Below are positions 57,525 through 64,000 of a stretch of DNA of 64,000 bases, piece after piece. This DNA comes from Candidatus Moraniibacteriota bacterium. GTDB taxonomy: Bacteria > Patescibacteriota > Minisyncoccia > Moranbacterales > UBA1568. Both the position numbers and the translations under genes were made by a program. The stretch's first letter is position 1. Each line of letters starts with the position of its first letter. The stretch spans positions 253,190 through 317,189 of the forward strand of contig JACPGV010000002.1 of the NCBI GenBank assembly GCA_016182385.1. The letters run 5' to 3'. The notes under the pieces are model-generated. The model was given only the letters and a program-made list of their open reading frames with translations. It had not been told where the DNA came from and searched no databases.

Positions 57525-59927
57525 ATGAAATATTCCTACCATTGGCTCAAAGAACTTTCCGGTACCAAGAAATCTGCTGACGCATTGGCGAAGCTTTTGA
57601 TGACGCATGCTTTTGAGGTGGAGGGAATCGAAAAGTGTTCTCTTGTGCCGGCGAGTGTTATTGTAGGCAAAGTTGTGAAATTGGAGCGACACAAAAATGC
57701 CGATACGTTGCGTGTGGCGCGTGTCGAGTGTGGAAAGAAAGATACGCGAACGATTGTGTGTGGCGCGCCAAATATTGCTTTAGAACAAAAAGTTGCCGTA
57801 GCGATGCCGGGGACGGTATTGCCTGGCGGCGTTGAAATCAAAGAAGCGACTATTCGTGGAGTGGTGTCGAAAGGAATGATTTGTTCTGCCAAAGAACTTG
57901 GTTTGGGTGATGATCATAGCGGTATTCTCGTGCTCCCGGAACATACTCCGGTCGGCGCCTTGTTTGGGAAGTATTTCGGTTTGGATGACAGTCTTATTGA
58001 GGTAAAAATTTTACCCGATCGTGGCTCGGATGCTCTTTCTTATCAGGGCTTGGCTCGTGAGATAGCCGCCCTGGATGGTCATGCGCCACATTTTGTAAAA
58101 GTGATTCCAAAAATCGCGAAGGTGCCGTCTTACAACCGTTGTCCAAAAATAAAGGTAACGTACAAAAACGGATGTCGACGATACATGGGTATGTTGTTTT
58201 CCGATATTTCCGTGGGGGAGTCGCCACTGTGGCTCAAGATAAAACTTTTGCTTTCCGGTTTACGCCCTATCAATAGCGTGGTGGATGTCACCAATTATTT
58301 GATGTTGCTTACCGGACAGCCGATGCATGCCTTTGACGCGGATACGCTTCATGGAGGAGTGACGGTGCGTCCCGCCAAGAAAAAAGAAAAATTGATGTTA
58401 CTGAATGGCGTGACATACATCTTATCTCCAGATGATATGGTGATTGCCGATGAGAAACGAGCGCTTGCTTTAGCGGGTATTATGGGGGGATCGACTTCAT
58501 CCGTTACGGAAAAAACAAAGAATGTTTTTTTGGAAATTGCTCATTTTCACGGACCGACGATTCGTCGCACGAGGACGCGACATGCTTTGCTGACAGACGC
58601 CAGTTATCGTTTTGAGCGAAATCTTGACCCTCATAGAGTAAAAGAAGTCGCCAGAGAGGCCGCGCTTCTCATGACGACGATAAATGCCGGAAAAATGATG
58701 GGGATGCGCGATGTCTATCCAAAAGAACAAAAAGAATGGAAGATAACACTTTCCCTGCAACGTATCGAAGATGTTCTCGGGGAGAAAGTGCCTCTTTTTG
58801 AGGCAGTGCAATATTTGGCACTTCTGGGTCTGGGCGTGAAGAAGGTTTCTGGAAAAAATGCTTTGGATGTTACCGTACCAACACGTCGTCCCGATCTTAT
58901 GGATGAGTGGGATCTGATTGAAGAGATTGGGCGTATGCGCGGATATGAAAAAATAAAAGCCTGTCCGCCCTTTTTGCCGCTTGTTGCCGGAGAAGAGAAT
59001 CAGTCAAAGCGTTTTGAGCGTTTTCTCAAAGAAACTTTGGTTGCGTCCGGCTTTGATGAGGTGATGACGTATTCTTTTTATGGAGAAAAAGAATATTCTT
59101 TGGCGCGTTTACCCAAAGAGCGTCATTGTGAGTTGGAAAATCCGATGAGCCCGGAACAACGTTTCCTTCGACTCTCACTTTTGCCGGGGCTTTTACGTAA
59201 AACGCGCGACAATCTTCGATATTTTGATGCGCTTGATTGTTTTGAATACGAGAGTGTTTTTTCGCGTGGTGCGAAGAAAGGGAGTATTGAAGAGAAGAAA
59301 AAATTGTCACTCGTGACCGTTTTACCGAAAAAGAACAAAGAACAAAGCCCGTTTTTCGTCCTTAAAGGAAAGATACAATCTTTGCGTGCGCTTCTTGATA
59401 TCTCGGATATTTCTTTTGTTCTTCCGGAAGAACAGAGTGAGAAGAGCGCGATACAGGATATGCTTCATCCGACGAGAAGGGCTCTGCTTGTGATTGAGGG
59501 TGATGTGGTGGGAATGATAGGGGAGTTGCACCCGTTTGTTGCTCAAGGGTTTGGTTTGGATAGTCGCGTGGCGGTGGCGGAACTTGATTATGAAAAACTT
59601 TTTGCCCACCGCTTGAAAGAGGCTTTTTATGTACCACTCCAAAAATTCCCTTATGCTTTACGGGATTTATCGTTGACTTTTCCTGCTTCCTTTCGAAAAA
59701 GGGTCACTGTGGCGATAGTGGAAAAATTTCTTTTGGATGTTGGAGCGCCTCTTCTTCGTCGTGTCGAATTATTCGATATTTATGAACATGACGACGAAAA
59801 AAGCATGGCCTTTCATCTTTCTTTTGGCGCCGCTGATCGGACCATCATGAGTGAAGAAATGGACAGAGCTTTTGATGCAATTGTCATGGAAGCAAAGGAA
59901 CGATTTGAGGCTCGTTTGAGGCTTTAA
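57525..59927 (+). CDS. pheT: Phenylalanine--tRNA ligase beta subunit
   Basis: IVCGAPN, GMICSAKEL, VDVTNY..GQPMHAFD, RFER, RPDL..DLIEEIGR and RDLS. Confidence 0.97.
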   Translation: MKYSYHWLKELSGTKKSADALAKLLMTHAFEVEGIEKCSLVPASVIVGKVVKLERHKNADTLRVARVECGKKDTRTIVCGAPNIALEQKVAVAMPGTVLPGGVEIKEATIRGVVSKGMICSAKELGLGDDHSGILVLPEHTPVGALFGKYFGLDDSLIEVKILPDRGSDALSYQGLAREIAALDGHAPHFVKVIPKIAKVPSYNRCPKIKVTYKNGCRRYMGMLFSDISVGESPLWLKIKLLLSGLRPINSVVDVTNYLMLLTGQPMHAFDADTLHGGVTVRPAKKKEKLMLLNGVTYILSPDDMVIADEKRALALAGIMGGSTSSVTEKTKNVFLEIAHFHGPTIRRTRTRHALLTDASYRFERNLDPHRVKEVAREAALLMTTINAGKMMGMRDVYPKEQKEWKITLSLQRIEDVLGEKVPLFEAVQYLALLGLGVKKVSGKNALDVTVPTRRPDLMDEWDLIEEIGRMRGYEKIKACPPFLPLVAGEENQSKRFERFLKETLVASGFDEVMTYSFYGEKEYSLARLPKERHCELENPMSPEQRFLRLSLLPGLLRKTRDNLRYFDALDCFEYESVFSRGAKKGSIEEKKKLSLVTVLPKKNKEQSPFFVLKGKIQSLRALLDISDISFVLPEEQSEKSAIQDMLHPTRRALLVIEGDVVGMIGELHPFVAQGFGLDSRVAVAELDYEKLFAHRLKEAFYVPLQKFPYALRDLSLTFPASFRKRVTVAIVEKFLLDVGAPLLRRVELFDIYEHDDEKSMAFHLSFGAADRTIMSEEMDRAFDAIVMEAKERFEARLRL

Positions 59928-59940
59928 TCTGACTTTAGGC

Positions 59941-59969
59941 TTGTCAAAAACGTATTTTTGTGCTATAAT
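59941..59969 (+). promoter_or_regulatory. Sigma70 promoter of rnpB
   Basis: TTGTCA-N17-TATAAT with an extended TG. Confidence 0.8.
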
Positions 59970-59986
59970 AGAAAGGTTTCTTGTTT

Positions 59987-60486
59987 TTTTCCAAAACAGA
60001 TCGGATCATTACGCGACCGAGCACTTCATTTGCGTATGCGTTTGTGACGCAGAAGACAAGTGTTTTATTGAGACAAGGCTTTAAAATAACTTGTTGCGAA
60101 ACGGCCACAAGCCTGTTGTGGCACAAATGAAGTGCTGGGAGTGAGGAAAGTCCGGACACTCGCCGATTTTGTCTGCTGAGAATGGAAATATTCTTTTTTG
60201 AGCAGACAAAATTGGCAGCAAGTAGCGGGTAATTCCCGCACGCCGCGAGGCGCGAGGTGCGAACAGAGATGCCATGTGACGAAAGAAACATGGGCGCTTC
60301 TGAGAAATTGGAAGCGTAGTCCAGCAGACGCTGGGGTGAAACAGCCAAATCCTTACTTGAGTGCAAGATCGTGCTCCGCGAGGAGAGAATCGCCAGGATC
60401 TTTGCGGTAACGCAAGGGCAAGAGAAATGATGATCATTTGCCGCAAGGTAAATACAGAATCCGGCTTACAGATCTGTTTTGGAAAA
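59987..60486 (+). ncRNA. rnpB: RNase P RNA
   Basis: GAGGAAAGTCC (60143-60153) and ACAGAATCCGGCTTA (60454-60468) form P4; P1 pairs TTTTCCAAAACAGATC with GATCTGTTTTGGAAAA; ACAGA and GGGTGAAAC internal motifs are present. Confidence 0.95.
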
Positions 60487-60539
60487 ATATTGGAAATCTT
60501 GATATGAGTCGCAAAGTGTAAATGGAGAGTTCTTCTTTT

Positions 60540-61964
60540 ATGAAACGTTCAGAAATATTTTTTAGCGCCATTCAAGTTCCCGTCGATTTTATTATGATTG
60601 TGCTTGCCGCTACGTCGGCGTATTTTTTGCGTGGATTGCCGATGTTTGAGGGGTATGTATCACACGTTTTTAGTATTGAATTTGCGGATTATTTGGATTT
60701 CGTTCTGATTATTACGCCATTTTTCATCGTTATTTTAGCTATTGAGGGTTTGTATAGAATACGAGCGACACGGCGCTTTGTACAAGAAGCGTATGGTGTG
60801 ACCAAGGCGATTACCTTTGGTCTCATTATACTTATCATCGCGGTTTTTCTTAATCGGGAATGGTTTTCGTCGCGTTTTGTCATTTTGGTCGGATGGATGT
60901 TTGCGATCGCGTTTGTTGTCATAGCACGATACGGTATTCAGCGTATTCAGAATTTTGTTCTTGTGCATCGTGGCATGGGCGTGCATCGAGTGCTCCTTAT
61001 CGGGTACAACGAAAAAATGAAGAAATTGCGCAATCAGTTTGTAAAAAACAAGTCGCTGGGATACCGGGTGGTGGATCAGATTGATACCGCGAGTATCAAA
61101 TATATCAAAACAATTCGTGAGACAAAAGGTGTCGATGAAATTATTGTCGGCGATCCCTCGCTTACGGATGATGAACAGGAAAAATTGTTTGATTATTGTC
61201 AGATTCATAATATTACGTATCGATATTTTCCTACGACGCTTCAGACGCAGCGTTTCAGCATGCATATATGGGGCGGGGAACCGATCATTGAATTTCAACA
61301 CACACCGCTTGATGGATGGGGAAAGCTGCTCAAGCGCCTGTATGATATTGTGGCTGGTACAGTATTGTTTATTCTTTTTTTTCCGATCATGCTTTGTATC
61401 GCCGCGTGTATCAAGCTGGAAGATCCCAAGGGTCCCGTTATTTATAAAAATGAACGAATCGGAGAAAATGGACGAAAATTCTTTGTTTATAAGTTTCGTT
61501 ATATGCAATGGAAATACTGCATAACCAAAGAAAATCCCGCCATGAAGGAAGCGATAGCGTTTGAGAAAAAATTAATCGAAGAGCGTAATGTGCGTCAGGG
61601 CGGTGTATTGTATAAAATTAAAGATGATCCGCGACGCATGCGAGTTGGTACGTTTATTGAGCGATATTCGCTTGATGAATTCCCGCAATTTTGGAATGTT
61701 CTCAAAGGTGATATGAGTTTGGTTGGCCCGCGACCACATCAGGAACGTGAAGTGGAACGTTATTCCGAATATCACCGTCGCTTACTCACTATTCGGCCGG
61801 GGGTTACGGGAATGGCGCAAGTATCCGGTCGATCGGATCTTTCATTTGAAGACGAATACCGTTTGGATGTATTTTATATTGAAAATTGGTCGCTCTGGCT
61901 TGATGTTCTTATTTGCCTCAAAACAGCCGGCGCTCTCATCAAACACCGAAAAAACGGAAAATAG
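60540..61964 (+). CDS. Polyprenyl-phosphate sugar phosphotransferase (WcaJ/WbaP family)
   Basis: N-terminal TMs, KRLYD, YKFRYM, DDPR, SLDEFPQFWNVLKGDMSLVGPRP, RPGVTGMAQV and YIENWSLWLD. Confidence 0.93.
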   Translation: MKRSEIFFSAIQVPVDFIMIVLAATSAYFLRGLPMFEGYVSHVFSIEFADYLDFVLIITPFFIVILAIEGLYRIRATRRFVQEAYGVTKAITFGLIILIIAVFLNREWFSSRFVILVGWMFAIAFVVIARYGIQRIQNFVLVHRGMGVHRVLLIGYNEKMKKLRNQFVKNKSLGYRVVDQIDTASIKYIKTIRETKGVDEIIVGDPSLTDDEQEKLFDYCQIHNITYRYFPTTLQTQRFSMHIWGGEPIIEFQHTPLDGWGKLLKRLYDIVAGTVLFILFFPIMLCIAACIKLEDPKGPVIYKNERIGENGRKFFVYKFRYMQWKYCITKENPAMKEAIAFEKKLIEERNVRQGGVLYKIKDDPRRMRVGTFIERYSLDEFPQFWNVLKGDMSLVGPRPHQEREVERYSEYHRRLLTIRPGVTGMAQVSGRSDLSFEDEYRLDVFYIENWSLWLDVLICLKTAGALIKHRKNGK

Positions 61965-62033
61965 TTGACAAGAAGGGAGTTGCATCCCTTTTTGTTTTTG
62001 TTACACTGAAAACAAGATTAACAAAAGTTCGGT

Positions 62034-64000
62034 ATGTCACTCCGCAAGGATATTTTTCGAGTAGTTTTCTTCTCATGTTTTTTGTTTTTTGCTTGTTTTG
62101 ATCACGCGTTGGCCGATACGGAGATTTCCCACGTGACTCTCTATGAAGATACGACGTGGACACCCGCAGGCAATCCTTACATCGTGAATAATGTCACGAT
62201 TCCCGCTGGTATCACTCTCACCCTTACTCCAGGTGTCATCGTCAAAGTACCACAATACGGCGCCCCTCTCATTGTTTCCGGAGGGACGCTTTTTTTGAAT
62301 GGGACAGAGGAGAATCCGGTCGTTATCACTTCCATCCATGATGATATTGGTGGTGATACGAATGGGAGTCCGATGCTTCCCAATACAGGCAACTGGTGTG
62401 CCATAGAAGCGCAAGGTGGTACGGTGACCATGACGAATACCAAGATTCGCTATGGCGGTTGTGACGCCGAACGAGGCATGCTCTACAATATCGGCGCCAC
62501 GCTTTCCCTCTCTTCATCAGAAATCTCGTATGCTCGCTCCGGCGTCGTTCTCAAAGGAGGGGAGAGTGAAATCACGGAAAGTTCTTTTCATCACCACGCT
62601 TCTCATGGTATCTACAAAAAACAAGGAGGGACGCTTCGTTTCGGTCACAATACCTTTTCCGATAATGCTTCGGCTGTTACCCTCTCCGACAACGCCTTCC
62701 AAAACGATGGCGGCAATACCGGAGAGAGGGAACGGATCAGCATAAGTAGTTTCTCGGTAAGTGGGGAAATGACGCTTTCTAAAGATGGCCTTCCCTATGT
62801 GTTGTTTGCTCTCACTCTTCCAAGCGGTGCGACTCTTCGCGTACTTCCCGGTGTCGTTGTCAAAACAAACTATCATACGTTTCCTCTTGTTTCTTCCGGT
62901 AGGGTCATTTTGGGTGGACAGAGTAATGAACCGGTCATTTTTACTTCTCTCCGAGACGATTCGATACTGGGTGATACCAATCGGGATGGGAATGCGACCA
63001 TTCCCCAAAAAGGCGACTGGATAGGACTGAGTTTTTCTCAAGGGACCGTTACTATTGCCAACACCGAAATTCGCTATGGTGGGTACAATAACAACGCTCA
63101 GATAGGGAATCATGGCGCTACGATCACCGCAAACAATCTTCTTTTGAAAGAAAGTTCGTGGCAACACCTCTTTCAAGACAGTGGCTCCTTCATTGCTACA
63201 GAGAGCGACTTTTCTCTCGCTTATGATGGTCTGGTTGTTCAGGGTGGCATGGCAGAAGTGCATCAGAGTCGTTTCTCCGATATCAGTCGTTTTGGCATTC
63301 TCAATTTGGCAAACGGGCTCACTCTTGATGCCACGAACAATTGGTGGGGTGATATGTCCGGTCCGAAACATCCCATCAACAATCCAAACGGTCTTGGTGT
63401 GCTTGTTTCCGATCATGTTCTCTTTGATCCGTGGAGCACCTGCTATGGCGACACCTGTCATTCAAGCGTGCTTTTTTTGCCGGGACTTGAAGCGAGTCGG
63501 TTGTATGAAGGTAATGAAGAGCGATGGGAACCATATGGAAATGCTGATGTGGAGAGATTACATCTGAATGAAGACGGCGAGAGTGAACACAATATCCGTG
63601 TCGGAGACGTCATCGACAATGCCTACATTCCGATCAAGGGGAATATATATGAGTCCTTTCTTGAGGATATGGACGAGATGAAGACAGAGCGTCTTATCAA
63701 GGATTTCAAGACGGTTCCGTATGATTGGCGCCTCTCATTTGATATGCTCTTGGTTGATGGTTCGATAGAGGACACGCTCAAATCTTTGGCAGGAAATTCG
63801 AATACCGGAAAAGTGACCATCATCGCCCATTCGAACGGTGGATTACTAGCCAAGGCCCTCATAAAGAAACTCGGTGACAGCGAAGCATCGAGACTCATCG
63901 ATAATCTCGTCTTAGTCGCGGCACCGCAGGTGGGGACACCCCAGGCGATCGGTGCGCTTCTCCACGGATATGATCAGGGATTGCCGGTGAACTGGATGCC
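62034..64000 (+). CDS. Large secreted protein: beta-helix-like repeats plus alpha/beta-hydrolase (LCAT/lipase-like) domain; 3'-truncated
   Basis: Absent from the ORF track because it runs off the window. ATG 62034 begins a signal peptide (..HALA-DTE), followed by WTPAGNPY..LTPGVIVK, FTSxxDD..GDTN repeats, DATNNWWG, FLPGLEAS, YDWR and IIAHSNGG (in frame at 63828). Confidence 0.85.
   Translation, partial: MSLRKDIFRVVFFSCFLFFACFDHALADTEISHVTLYEDTTWTPAGNPYIVNNVTIPAGITLTLTPGVIVKVPQYGAPLIVSGGTLFLNGTEENPVVITSIHDDIGGDTNGSPMLPNTGNWCAIEAQGGTVTMTNTKIRYGGCDAERGMLYNIGATLSLSSSEISYARSGVVLKGGESEITESSFHHHASHGIYKKQGGTLRFGHNTFSDNASAVTLSDNAFQNDGGNTGERERISISSFSVSGEMTLSKDGLPYVLFALTLPSGATLRVLPGVVVKTNYHTFPLVSSGRVILGGQSNEPVIFTSLRDDSILGDTNRDGNATIPQKGDWIGLSFSQGTVTIANTEIRYGGYNNNAQIGNHGATITANNLLLKESSWQHLFQDSGSFIATESDFSLAYDGLVVQGGMAEVHQSRFSDISRFGILNLANGLTLDATNNWWGDMSGPKHPINNPNGLGVLVSDHVLFDPWSTCYGDTCHSSVLFLPGLEASRLYEGNEERWEPYGNADVERLHLNEDGESEHNIRVGDVIDNAYIPIKGNIYESFLEDMDEMKTERLIKDFKTVPYDWRLSFDMLLVDGSIEDTLKSLAGNSNTGKVTIIAHSNGGLLAKALIKKLGDSEASRLIDNLVLVAAPQVGTPQAIGALLHGYDQGLPVNWM

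Noticed and set aside
62517..63461. 314-aa minus-strand ORF (and 62177-62443, 63623-63898)
   Set aside because: These are antisense shadows of the real + strand gene that starts at 62034.

Overview
This 64-kb window is gene-dense bacterial chromosome using standard code 11 (TGA is used as stop). The gene content and protein styles suggest a Patescibacteria/CPR genome, Parcubacteria-like and possibly Moranbacteria (inference): short ProRS, archaeal-type UMP kinase, orphan VirD4-like ATPase, membrane-anchored Clp ATPase, PaaX/Cas2-like gene. Housekeeping genes include dnaX, clpB, dnaJ, recJ, rnhA, proS, pyrH, ispH, secD/secF, tyrS, pheS/pheT, a PBP1A, two HtrA-family genes, two ABC-F ATPases, a MacAB-type operon, glycosyltransferases, tRNA-Gln(TTG) and RNase P RNA. 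The most notable items are: (1) a lone wHTH + Cas2/VapD-fold (PaaX-like) gene bracketed by two identical perfect 36-bp palindromes, with no cas1 or CRISPR array, which is a candidate undescribed selfish or autoregulated module; (2) a RAYT-like HUH transposase inserted in the MacAB operon with three identical 21-bp REP-like hairpins, one of them inside its own coding sequence; (3) a candidate structured ncRNA plus a GIY-YIG remnant downstream of tRNA-Gln; (4) two variant CIRCE operators; (5) SecD with an inserted parvulin domain; (6) an archaeal-type isopentenyl phosphate kinase together with IspH; and (7) an expanded RNase P RNA. All family calls come from motif recognition by eye, with no database searches.
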